Shown here: piece after piece, positions 1 through 11,291 of the stretch | How the letters are laid out: every line of letters begins with the position of its first letter | Numbering within the stretch: position 1 is the first letter of the stretch | Source: Tetramitus jugosus | Lineage: Eukaryota > Protista > Heterolobosea | Reading direction: 5' to 3' | Length of the DNA: 64,000 nt | NCBI GenBank assembly: GCA_937625935.1 | Contig: OW569372.1 | Coordinates: 1 to 64,000, forward strand | The notes under the pieces: generated by a model | Seen by the model: the letters and a program-made list of their open reading frames with translations, nothing else | What the model was told of the DNA's origin: nothing | The model's database searches: none | Position numbers and translations under genes: made by a program

Positions 1-757
1 CCCAAACCCAAACCCAAACCCAAACCCAAACCCAAACCCAAACCCAAACCCAAACCCAAACCCAAACCCAAACCCAAAACCCAAACCCAAACCCAAACCC
101 AAACCCAAACCCAAACCCAAACCCAAACCCAAACCCAAACCCAAACCCAAACCCAAACCCAAACCCAAACCCAAACCCAAACCCAAACCCAAACCCAAAC
201 CCAAACCCAAACCCAAACCCAAACCCAAACCCAAACCCAAACCCAAACCCAAACCCAAACCCAAACCCAAACCCAAACCCAAACCCAAACCCAAACCCAA
301 ACCCAAACCCAAACCCAAACCCAAACCCAAACCCAAACCCAAACCCAAACCCAAACCCAAACCCAAACCCAAACCCAAACCCAAACCCAAACCCAAACCC
401 AAACCCAAACCCAAACCCAAACCCAAACCCAAACCCAAACCCAAACCCAAACCCAAACCCAAACCCAAACCCAAACCCAAACCCAAACCCAAACCCAAAC
501 CCAAACCCAAACCCAAACCCAAACCCAAACCCAAACCCAAACCCAAACCCAAACCCAAACCCAAACCCAAACCCAAACCCAAACCCAAACCCAAACCCAA
601 ACCCAAACCCAAACCCAAACCCAAACCCAAACCCAAACCCAAACCCAAACCCAAACCCAAACCCAAACCCAAACCCAAACCCAAACCCAAACCCAAACCC
701 AAACCCAAACCCAAACCCAAACCCAAACCCAAACCCAAACCCAAACCCAAACCCAAA
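1..757 (+). repeat. Telomeric array (CCCAAA)n, G-strand TTTGGG; chromosome left end
   Basis: 126 tandem CCCAAA units from base 1, one of them CCCAAAA (73-79); C-rich strand at the 5' end as expected for a telomere. Confidence 0.95.
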
Positions 758-2114
758 TTGACTTCAAATTTTTTTTTCTACCTAAAAACTCAAAAAGTTT
801 ACCAACACATTTCTCTGTCTATTTTTCACCCAGATTTCAAAAATCCACCTTCTTTATCTATGTTTAATGAGTGGGTTGGTTTATTTCGATCAGTGCATCA
901 GAGATTCAGTTTTATGCTCTTTTGTAAATCAAAATATTTTCGGGGCATGCACCCTCCATCATTTTATTATCTATTTTGATTCTTTACAACAGAATAAGTA
1001 GATAACATGTTGTTCTACTGTGTTACGCTTTATGATACTTGTTAACTATATTTGTTTGCGCTGAATATCTCCCAAGCACAACTTCGAAATATCAGTGAGT
1101 TGAGAATGACTTCTATTACAATTCTAATGGTTACATACTTTGTATCTCGGTTAAATAATACTTCTATGGTGACTTCAACTCATTACACCCATTTTTTATT
1201 CCTCGGTGCTGTGCACCCAATATCTTCATCTGACAAAAACCTTCCATACACTATACTATGAACAATAAAATAATATCCAGGTACTATTATCTTGAAAAAA
1301 TGTATTTTCTTCCTTTTTATTCAATCTGAGTTGAATTAATCACCAGCATGGTTGTTTGAAAAAGAATGAGCTCAAAAAAATCATTGTTATTTTGTCTTTC
1401 ATTGGCCCCTCGCCTAACTATTCCTTAGAAAAAAAATCGACTTCCTCATTCTGCGTATTTTTACAATGATGACGAAAAAGGATTCACTTATCTTGCTATT
1501 TAGAGCTCTTTTCTATGTTTGATCAGTGCTCTATCATTCACTCTTACAAAGATAATTACAATTGAAAATTACCAATTGTGAACGAGTTTGCTGAATAATC
1601 GGAATACAATTTTCAAAAACTAATAAATTTTTTGTAATCTACGTCCTTATATTTACTTATAATGGTTGTATTCACAGTCAGTGACAATTTTTGATGTATC
1701 TGGCATGCATGTGCTCTACTCTATATCTCCGATAGGAAAGCATGAAGTCAAAAAAAAGAGGCGGACAAAAAGAGACGAGGAAAGTATAAAAGAGTAAGAG
1801 GGAAATCTACTATAGCTGTTAGATCAGAAATTACATCTAAAATAACAGAGTTGTTAACTCGTAGTTCTGAAAAACGATTTTACTGCGCAAATGGTTTTTT
1901 TTTGACCAACCGCCAAAAAAAAAAGCTTTTTTTTACATGAAGAACGTTTTTATACTCCAAAAAATGACTTGTTTTTATGATTGAGACAAGAGCGTATGTC
2001 TTTACATGCTCAAACCTCCCAAATCATCTCCATTTTTTGCGCTCTTTCTAACAACACCAGCAGCATGGCTTGAAACCGCCTGGGAGCCTCAAACGGTAAG
2101 TCGCATAAATACCA

Positions 2115-2130
2115 CCCAAACCCAAACCCA
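2115..2130 (+). repeat. Interstitial telomeric repeat (2.7 units)
   Basis: CCCAAACCCAAACCCA in the same orientation as the terminal array. Confidence 0.8.
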
Positions 2131-2198
2131 TGCTTTTCGCAAGTTTGGTCTCAACTCGAATATTCTTTGCTTGATGCGTCTGAAGGAAACGAACTTTG

Positions 2199-3631
2199 TT
2201 ACAGAAGAAGGAGACTTCTTAGGACGCTTTGATGAACGTCTTGTTTCTCTTCCCTTGGAGTTGGCAGAATGGTTTCCACCTCTATTTGAGCTCTTACAAG
2301 ATTTTGAGCTTCAGTGTTCTGTTGAAGGTCCTGCAAATTTGCTACATTCTGTGAACAAAAAATTGACATTCTTTCGTAAGCATCGATCGACTCATCATTA
2401 TTCCAGCCAACATGACGCTTGATAGCTTGTCTAATACTATCTTTGATTATTCCATATCTCAAAATACTGCTCATCAGAGCTTGACAAAGACAAATGTGAC
2501 CACTTCTGAGTGATCTCATTGTGTATCTACATTTTAAATCTCTATCCGAACTATTCATTAAATTTGACATATCCTTCGAAGACATTGGTGAATCGCTCAT
2601 TGATTGTGTGAACAAGTATCGCTCATTTTCTCCATCAATATAATCAAACTCAGAATTATCAATTATGTCACCCAATGGTTTTGCTTTGAAAATCTTTCTG
2701 ATGTGGAAGAGATACCAAAGCAAAGCATAGACAGGACATTGATTCAAATCATTATTTCCATAAACCGTATTCATCAATTCTGAACCTCCAATTCCTTTGT
2801 TTTTGTATCCAACATTCAGAACAACTAATACTCGTTCGTTGTTATACTTAATGGACTTGAATGTCACATGTTTCAGTTTCATGTATAGTGTCTCCTCTCC
2901 ATCCAAGATCAATGCTCGAAGCTTTACGTGTGGTTCTCTGTTGTCATGCTTGAGCAGTAGTCTTTGCCACTTTGATAAATCGGCATTGAGTAGAGGACAT
3001 ACTTTGAATTTAACATTGCCATACTTACGGATCAATCCTCGATTCTGGATGTTTGACTTGCTGATCTTTCAACCAACCTATCCAACTCCTCCATGAGTAG
3101 TTCTGAACCATCTTAGTTCCAGGTGCTTGGGATAATTGTATCAATTCCATCATATGAACCAGTTGATCTGATAATGATTCATCGGAATTTAAGTTCACTT
3201 CAACACCTCTGCACAAGTCTTAACTTCTTGATCCAACCTTTTCAGGTTGTCGGTGATTTTGGATTGTTTCCAAGGGTTCTTGTTTCCAAAATACATGGAT
3301 AATTCTCGATCCACATCGTCAATGGTTGATCCATCGATGGAATCATTTTCTTCTGTGTCCAATGGTATTAATCCATTTTTAACGGACGGGTGGGGCCCAG
3401 GTATCTATAAAGGAAATACTAAATTTGTTTTTAAAAATGAGGGAGTGTTGTTTAAAAATTAAAGCTTAAATTAAAAAAAATAGCATAGGGCTCAGCAGCA
3501 AGCAAAGAATGGAGCCTAAATTTTTTTTATTTTTCGGAAACCCGTTCGAGCAATGCGTTACTTGGTTTGGATGTTATTTATGGAGAGAGAAGCTCCTGGA
3601 ATACATGAGGCAATAGTGTAATGGAGGACAT
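2199..3631 (-). mobile_element. Decayed tyrosine-recombinase element (Crypton/DIRS-type YR), probably intron-containing, pseudogenised
   Basis: ORF 2199-3035 has YR motifs YKNK, CPVYAL, YTMRSLRSG (HxxR position), HVGW and DAY. Frame 3025-3216 has a core-binding-like helix (APGTKMVQNYSWRSWIGWL). A further frame lies at ~3200-3404, and a GTAACG...TTTATAG intron candidate at ~3405-3561. Frameshifts, an in-frame stop and apparent loss of the first catalytic Arg. Confidence 0.7.
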
Positions 3632-5595
3632 TGATCTATTGATGAAATTAACAATCTGAATTTACAGAAAAATATTCCAAAAAGGATGGGAGGGGGTGAG
3701 GTCAACATTTGGTGTTCCACTGAAAATTTTCAGGGGGATTTTTTGGGGCTTGTTGTAAGCGCTGCTCCTTCACTCTGGCAGACATTTAACAACAAGAACA
3801 AGCAAAAAACATGACGGAATCGATAGATATTGGAAGCCCATAAACTCCAGGTCGCGAGAAACTGACCACCATCGTGTTGCCCGTGGTCACTTCTGGGTAA
3901 AGGAGTTTCATTGTAGATCGATTTTGACCCGCGTAACTCACTCCATGCAAGATATGGGAGCATTTTTAAATGATATGTATGATTGTATATGCACTCTTGG
4001 TATTTGTCTCGAATAACATGTAATCGTATTGCTTTCAAATTTCTTCGTTATGTTGATAATATCTGGATGCTCCCAGTCCGAAAAGCATTTCTTCTTGTCC
4101 TTTATTTCAATTTCATAAAATTCTTGTCCTCAGTTTTCGAACTGTCTCCTGTTAGTTGTTGTAGCTCACTTCGAGGGAGGGTCATCGAAAAATGGTCAAC
4201 AACAATACTCAATTATTTTCAAAATTATGCTCACAACGAGTAAGAAGACTGGCAGTTTTTGAGGACTTCATCGTGGATGACAGTTACCTCAACGATGATT
4301 AACAGACGACTTTACCTGTAATGAATGCAGTGAAAACCTTCCAAATTCCACCGTTCAATCAATCGAGCTTCCATCTACTCAGGATTGTGGAGTCATCCAA
4401 AAATGTGCTTCTTTTCGTTCCAAAGGCAAGCAGTACGCTTAACCAATTGTAAGTGCGATTCCACCAATTGTCTTAACCGAGAAGGAAAACGCAAAACTCA
4501 CGAGACCTATGATAAGTTTGAGGATGGTAGGTAATTTGAATCGTCTAATCCGACTGAGGACTTCTTTCAAGGGATGTCAAAGTCTCAGAATCTTGAAAGA
4601 GTTCTTTTCTCGAGGATCGATATTGAAAAGAAAATCCTGGCGGATTTATTAATGTCTCTGAATGTAAGACAATTAAACTCCACTTTGTATAAAATTTAGA
4701 ACTCTAAAGAAACGCCTATCTGAGACGAATTGGGATGTCAACTAAACGATTTTGGGAGTTCAATCCCAACCGTGCACTGTTGTAATCTGGATTTGCTGAA
4801 CTTAGCCATTACTTGAGTCCTGGTAAGTTTCTCTCCAAATTTACCGGTAGGTATTACTATAATTAGCTTATTCCCAACAAACCTGCTGGAGAAGATATCA
4901 AAGCCTTTGTGGCCGCGTGTATTCACAAACGTGTTATTGTATGAAATTGTTCTTTTATCGCAAAAGGTTTATGGAAGACGTAGCGGAAGAAATCAATCAA
5001 ACTTCTATACGCTCAATGGATGATTGTGATCATGAAGTATCAGTTCGATATATGTTACTATGCTTTCTATGAGAACCATGTCGGGTGTGATTGTGTATAA
5101 ATTGCATCGACCATAGTTCTTTTCAGGATGGCTCTCTTTTTATCGCTAATCATTGGTTGAACATAGAATAGTATCATATTTCTGACTGCCACTCCATTCA
5201 CAATGAGGACCCAAAAGAAGCACTCAGCAAACTCATTTCTCATGTTGAGTCAAATCCTCCCGCCAACGTATCCAACGATGTAGATTTGATTTGAAGCTCA
5301 TCTGTATCTGATTAGAACATGGAATAGGTATCAACTCTCACTTTTGTTTCAGTCGAATGGTACTTCTGACTGCCACTCCATTTCACAATGGTGAGTTGAT
5401 AGTGCCGAATGAATGTGTTGCATTCAGATTGTCCAAAAGGTGAGGATGAAGAAAAGGTGTACTCCCAATGATTACCCAGATCATTGATACGAACATCCAC
5501 TCTATCAAGTAAATTTTCAAAGTTGAGATCAGTAACGAAATCTAGCGAACATTATTTTGTGCTTTATAACAATAACTATTACCTTCGATGAGCCT

Positions 5596-7494
5596 TTACT
5601 TCTTTCGAATGGGGTCAATATAAACCCAGTCCCTAATGAAGCATTGTTCAGAATCAGTGGCTGGAGGACGAGTTTTGTTCATTTTGCTCCAGAAAGATGG
5701 TTCTTCTTCTGTGGCAAGGAAAGGTCGTAGAGCAAGGACTTGCTCTTGTGTGATTCCACTGATATCTTCACCCTGTTTCCTGCCATGATAATTAACATGT
5801 TCATCATTGAGACCTCCAGTCATCAATAATTTAAGGTTGGGCCACAACATTGCATCAGAGAGCACTTCCAATAATGCTCCACCGAAAACTTTCCTCTGCT
5901 CTATATCGATTACACTATCTTCCAACTTGAAGACTGATAAGTTAGGACATGCTCTTACAAGAGCTTGTAGCCATGCAACCGGTTCATCTGGTAACTTGCA
6001 ACTTAAGCTCAACTCTTGCATATGAGACCAGTTGCATCGTTTTAAATGTTCTATTGTGAGATGGTTATCAGAACTGGCAATGTTCAGAGTCCTGATATTG
6101 CTATTAGGAAGTAGTGTTTCCAAGGCCCTACTCATATTTTTTTCATCTCTTAAGTCGATATGAGTCAATTTAGAGCATTTTTCATAGATGTTTGAGAAGT
6201 CAAGGTCCTGTATTTGGCCAGTAAATTGTTTCAGATTTGGAGCAATCTGAACGATACTATCCACAAAGTTTTCGGGAAGATGTTCGAATCTTCCATCAAG
6301 AACCAGAATCTCCAATGATGATAGAACTCCACCACCAAAGTGTACATTATCATACTGATCGATAAGATCTCCATTCATTGCGGTTCTTTCAATGTGAAGT
6401 ACTTTCAGTTGAGAATACTTTCCAATCTTTGTAAATAGTTCACCACTGATGTTGCAGCAATGGTGGAGAATCAATCTGGTCAATGAAGGTTCATTATCTA
6501 AAAACTGTAGCAATCCCTTATCTGTAAATAAACTCTCCATTGGAGTTGAGTCATCACATCCCTGCACTACCAGTTCTTTCAGATGAGGACACTTAGAAGC
6601 CAAAAATTCGAAGAAGTCATCGGTCGGCTCCTTTCGATACACGTACTCCAGAAGCTCCAAGTTTGGTGTTAACTGCAAAAGATCTATCATGAACTGCGTA
6701 CCAGTATCTGAGTTGATAATGAGTTTCTTTAGATGAGATAGAATTGGGACAGTCACTCCGTCTTTTTGTACCACATCTTCCTCTTTCTCATCTCCCACTT
6801 TCATTTTCTGAGAGTAGTGTATCCCTTCCTCGCTAATAGACAGGTCAAGAGACTCCAGATTTGAACAATGCGAAAGAATTGCATACATATCCATTCGCGC
6901 ACACGACTCACTATGGATTGTCAAATTCTTAATCAAAAAACCTCTAGTCACCGCTATCTTTTTGGTTATCTGGTCAAACACATGATCATAATCTGGATCT
7001 TCGTCAAACATTGTCTCTTTGATCGAGTCATCCGTCCAATCGATCTTAACGCCTTTCATTTGTTGCATCTCACCAGATTCATGCGCTATCAGCTTGAGTA
7101 TGTCACTTGGAGTTATCTGGTTTGTGTAAGAGTGAGACAAGAATGTGATATATTTCGGCATCTGGTAGTCCTTGTTTCTGTCTAAGATGCTACACAAGTT
7201 TACTGCTTCATCTGAGGTACGAACAACGAATTCAGAATGTGCATTCAAGGCGCTTCCAATAGACCAATGATCTTGTGGCACGAATGGCATGAATTTCTTT
7301 GCAATAGCCTCCACATTCTCATGCATTGACTTGCACGTCAAAGCTAACATTAATGATTCTCCAACAAAGAGAAAAGACAGTACAGTGCTCCACTCGTCAT
7401 TTGACAGGCTGAAAATTGGAGACAACTCTTGTAATTTGTGTCTTTTTGGTGTGGATTCTGTCCTGGACTTGACGTCCAGTGGGTGTTTTGCCAT
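5596..7494 (-). CDS. F-box-like/leucine-rich repeat (RNI-like) protein
   Basis: F-box-like IFSLSNDEWSTVLSFL...LALTCKSMH, then repeated CPxLxxL/NLxxL LRR units. Start placed at MAKHPL (7494) because the track's extension to 7662 runs through a duplicated cassette. Confidence 0.75.
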   Translation of the reverse strand: MAKHPLDVKSRTESTPKRHKLQELSPIFSLSNDEWSTVLSFLFVGESLMLALTCKSMHENVEAIAKKFMPFVPQDHWSIGSALNAHSEFVVRTSDEAVNLCSILDRNKDYQMPKYITFLSHSYTNQITPSDILKLIAHESGEMQQMKGVKIDWTDDSIKETMFDEDPDYDHVFDQITKKIAVTRGFLIKNLTIHSESCARMDMYAILSHCSNLESLDLSISEEGIHYSQKMKVGDEKEEDVVQKDGVTVPILSHLKKLIINSDTGTQFMIDLLQLTPNLELLEYVYRKEPTDDFFEFLASKCPHLKELVVQGCDDSTPMESLFTDKGLLQFLDNEPSLTRLILHHCCNISGELFTKIGKYSQLKVLHIERTAMNGDLIDQYDNVHFGGGVLSSLEILVLDGRFEHLPENFVDSIVQIAPNLKQFTGQIQDLDFSNIYEKCSKLTHIDLRDEKNMSRALETLLPNSNIRTLNIASSDNHLTIEHLKRCNWSHMQELSLSCKLPDEPVAWLQALVRACPNLSVFKLEDSVIDIEQRKVFGGALLEVLSDAMLWPNLKLLMTGGLNDEHVNYHGRKQGEDISGITQEQVLALRPFLATEEEPSFWSKMNKTRPPATDSEQCFIRDWVYIDPIRKK

Positions 7495-7566
7495 TTGTTT
7501 TCTGTTTGTTTGTTGAGCTTTTCCAGTTTTCGGAGGAAAACAACTTTGGGCAAACAGTTGGTTGAC

Positions 7567-7671
7567 CGAATTTGGTCCAAATGAATTTTGTGAAATAAAG
7601 GAATTTGGTTCAGCTATCCAAGATGCACGTAAATGCAACTTCCTGACATATCGTGCAGGCACAAATCGATA
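7567..7671. repeat. Dispersed duplication of 17621-17727
   Basis: 7582-7671 matches 17638-17727 with 5 mismatches in 90 nt by manual alignment; CGAATTTGGT is shared at the left edge. Confidence 0.9.
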
Positions 7672-7758
7672 TCACGGAGGCCTCTAACAAACTAAGAACA
7701 GAAAAGATACCGTCATTCGACACACATCCCAACTCGAGGAGGTGTTGTTTATCGCGAT

Positions 7759-8850
7759 TTTCTGAACACTCCACATTATCATTGGTTTCGTCTCCGTTCT
7801 TGTCTCCAAATACTTGTTTACATGCCTATCAAGAATAGCAGCCAGTATCAAAGTTGTGACTATTACGTCTCAACATCTGAATATCCTCTTGGACTTCTGT
7901 ATCATGTAAAATGAAATAACTGAATGAAATAGCCGATCACTCACGTCTCTAAATCTCAACTTCGTTGTTGAGGTACATAAAATACTCTCACACACTCTAT
8001 ACACTAGTCTGGGGATACCTCCCGTATAAAAATAGAGTTTCTTTCAAAAGAATGAAACAGCTTCTTGTTTCAAACCGCGCGTTTCCAGAACCTAATGAAA
8101 TTGTTCCTGATTGACCATAGTTTTTCTTATCGATTCTTCGATGTGCTTCGCGTATAGCGCCCGAAGAATAACATGAGAAGAAGGACTTGGAGAACTGTCG
8201 AGAAACTTTAGTTCCGGAATACGCTCCCTCCAGCCCAAAAGAACGAGTGGTTGTGACCTTCCAACCAAAACGAAGAATAAACGACGTTGTTTCTTGTCGA
8301 TTAACGAACCTACCAAGATGGACCAAAATTTCAGCAATCTTGACGCCGAGGTGACTATATCTCCAGTTCCCAGAACCTGTTCTTCGTCAAAAGATATCAA
8401 GAGAGGAGGCAGCCCATCCTGAAAATCATTATATTTCTTAAGAAAGTTTTCCAATGAGCTTCAATTTTCGTATATTGACATAATTTTTCATATGTTCAGA
8501 TCGTTCGATCGCATCGCACAGCGCCCCCAAAATATTGGTATTAACTAGTTAATACCAACACTGTGTGGCATGTCATTTCCTTTCTCTACAACATCTCTAA
8601 AGTACTTTAGAGTGTTGTCTTACCAGAGCCGAATAATTGTTGTTCGTATTCTGATAATAGTGAGACATCTTTACAACTCAATAGACTCCCTTTGACGATT
8701 TGCAAAATGCATATCGAAGTTGTTGGAACTTGTACGTGTAGGTGAGATGCCCACCTCATCTAGCTGTGAGTTGTATGGCTTTCCTTTATTATTCAGGTTC
8801 CACCACCTCCGCAATTTTACTGGATTTTGGTTTCTGTGGCGATTCAACAT
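7759..8850 (-). pseudogene. Decayed, internally deleted paralog of the CR-type NTPase-nuclease gene at 14778-17408
   Basis: Collinear matches to ~14748-14954 and ~16177-17250; Walker A codons (GSGKTTL) and LLISFDE retained; many frameshifts and deletions. Confidence 0.9.
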
Positions 8851-8973
8851 GGGTAGGTATTTCATATTCATAGAGTGATGTTGTTCTGTGGTCTGTAATT
8901 CTATGTCCAATTTTTGGAGGGACAGAACAAAAATTGCAAGTTGTTTGTGCTGTTGGCCTCCAATCATTGTTTA

Positions 8974-9410
8974 TTAATTATCTGAGTAAACCTGGAATGA
9001 TGAAAGTTCACAAGGTTCAGTTGTTTTTTGATCAATAGATCTTCTCCCTGAAGTAAATCTCAGATACTGCACATAAGCAGGTAGCTCTATCTGAATTTCT
9101 TGCATTCCTGACTCGGTATATGCTTTTGCTTCAAACATGATGACCTCCTTATTAGAAAGATCTATTGAGTATACTACAAAATTGCATTTTCTCTCTTCAT
9201 GCACTGCATTAGGGAAGCCAACAATGATGCGGGTAACTTTAGTTGGTTGGGTTTTCTGACAGTCAGAAAGTTGAACAAGATATTCCATCTATCTCCCAAT
9301 CCGCTCGTTCGAGTACAGATACAACATTGCCACCATTATTTAACATTGAATTCAGGTCAGTATCCGTCACAGCATCTGGACAAGGTGGTTCTGACGAACA
9401 AAAATATCAT
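8974..9410 (-). pseudogene. Frameshifted fragment, possibly a galactose-binding-like beta-sandwich domain
   Basis: ORF 8974-9288 (KVTRIIVG...VQYLRFT...CELSSFQVYS) continues upstream only in another frame. Confidence 0.3.
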
Positions 9411-9477
9411 TTCGAACTTTCGAGTAAATAAATAAATCAGAATAAAGGCCAATCTTCTGATCACAACTGAAAGCATC

Positions 9478-11066
9478 ATGAACGCGAAGAAAATTGAAGT
9501 GCCTGACGCACTGGTGACAGAGACAATCAGTACGTTGACTTCACTGGACAAGGAATCTCTTCTTTCAATCATTGAGCACTGTCTGCGCAACCCACAATCC
9601 AAAAACATTGTGTTTGATGGCATCTCTAAGCTCAAGCAACATGATATTGTGCTGTCTGAGAGAGTCACTCTTTTGAATAAGATTGATCTGGTGTCTGTTT
9701 CTAACATGATGGATAGAGTGTACAGATCAATCGTTCAAATGACGAGGGCTTCTTGGCATGACAGTTGGGAAGATCGAATGGAAGTTGTTGAAAACTTGTG
9801 TGAAAAACTGCAAGTGGTCCTCGATGAATCCATGAAACTCGTTTTGCAACAAAAGACTGACTTCGAACATGTGTTCCAATTGTTTGAACTAATCCTGAGC
9901 AAGATTGAAGCCATGAAAAAGATTGAGATGAGAGGCAGTATCACTGATGACTTTGGTTGTCATCCTGGAAGGATATGAATGGAGTGGGGCAAAATGGATT
10001 TTTGAAACAAATGTTTTATCTGTGGTACCTTTCTCTGAAGGAAGCCAAACGCAATCAAGTACCAAGCGTTGGTCATTGGACTCAAGTTGCAATCAAGTAT
10101 GATGCAGGTGGTACCATAGCAACCTTTATGCAACAAGATGAAACAAAGGATGAATCCGTTGCAAAGATGCTGCTTGATCAGCGAGTATCTGCCTTTCTGC
10201 AGAATCCATCAATCCAGTCCTATGAGAAAGCTCTTGCAAGTTGTTCTTCTGATCAGGAGAAGCAAGAAACATCTGATGAGATGATCAAGTTGTTAGAACC
10301 AAAAGCAACAACCGATGACACTCGATTTTTACTTCTACAGTTATATGCTAGAACCAATAGAGATATCGTTCCTCTTTGCGATCGGTTTGATGATGCCGGA
10401 AGTCAAAATGACGCCACACCACTTGATCACTGGAAAACAAAGGAAAAACAACGATCTAGAAGATACATGTTGACTTGTGAGGCTGTTATAAACACAGATC
10501 CAGAATATGTTTTTCAGACATCAAGAAAGATGCTGTTAGCAATATGTCAGGCTATTCCTCGCATGCTTGTTAAAAATGGTTTGAAGACCTCAAGTGATTT
10601 CTTCGATACTATTCCGGATCGAAAGGAAGACGAAGATGAATTTGATGAGTGGTTTATAGACTATTCTTACGGGGAGTTTGGTGAATTCGATAGTACGATT
10701 ATGGAAGACTTCAAGCTGTGGCTCCAGTACGCCAAAATGGTATGTCATGCACACCAAACAGCTGAACAATATGAACTCAAATTTGTGAAAGGAAATGTAC
10801 CGACATTAATTCCAGATGGTAGTCAGAAATTTGACCAACTAGTTCAGGAGTGCGAGCAAACGTTAAGAAAGAATACTGACGACAAATTGATGAAGAACAT
10901 ACCTGCAATTTCTTTGGTCTGGGGTGGAAGTATATTCCGACCACTAGAGGCCATCTACAAGGCGGACAAGAGGAAGAAGAAGAAACACTCGAGCGACATC
11001 ATTGGTTTTAGAGAATATGTGGATCACTACACCAGAGAATTTTATCAACTGAAGTCGTACTGGTAG
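9478..11066 (+). pseudogene. Unknown alpha-helical protein split by one frameshift (or two overlapping ORFs)
   Basis: ORFs 9478-9978 and 9957-11066 overlap in different frames; I found no phase-compatible GT-AG intron. Confidence 0.5.
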
Positions 11067-11291
11067 ATTTTGTCCTGCCATCCTCACAGATGCCTGACAA
11101 CAAACTTTGAACAATGATAGAACGCGTTCATACTTTAGAAATGATATGTCAAGAACAAAAAGTCAGTTTGGTGTCAGTAGCTTCTAACTCTGATCAATTG
11201 ACTTCCCTGTTAAAGATCATGGAGTTTATGAAATGTCGGGGTTGTCCTCAGCACGAACTGCTGGTGTGAAATTTCGAATCTTAAGTGTGGA

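Noticed and set aside
1-757. Paramecium/ciliate origin suggested by TTTGGG
   Set aside because: Long ORFs read in the standard code and end in TAA/TAG, and the introns are much longer than Paramecium's
860-1290. Minus-strand frame with many TAA/TAG, suggesting stop-to-Gln recoding
   Set aside because: It also contains TGA stops, the translation is unrecognisable, and the rest of the window uses the standard code
2006-2422. 138-aa plus-strand ORF
   Set aside because: Largely an antisense shadow of the YR gene; its TQTQT segment is just the telomeric patch
2199-3035. Protelomerase/telomere resolvase
   Set aside because: The chromosome end is a simple telomerase-type array, not a hairpin; the motifs fit transposon YRs and the gene is decayed
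3730-4930. Short ORFs and broken frames next to the YR relic
   Set aside because: Protein-like fragments, but no recognisable motif; cannot be assigned to the element
7495-7662. N-terminal extension of the F-box/LRR ORF
   Set aside because: Non-ATG start reading through the duplicated HPS5-tail cassette and leader sequence
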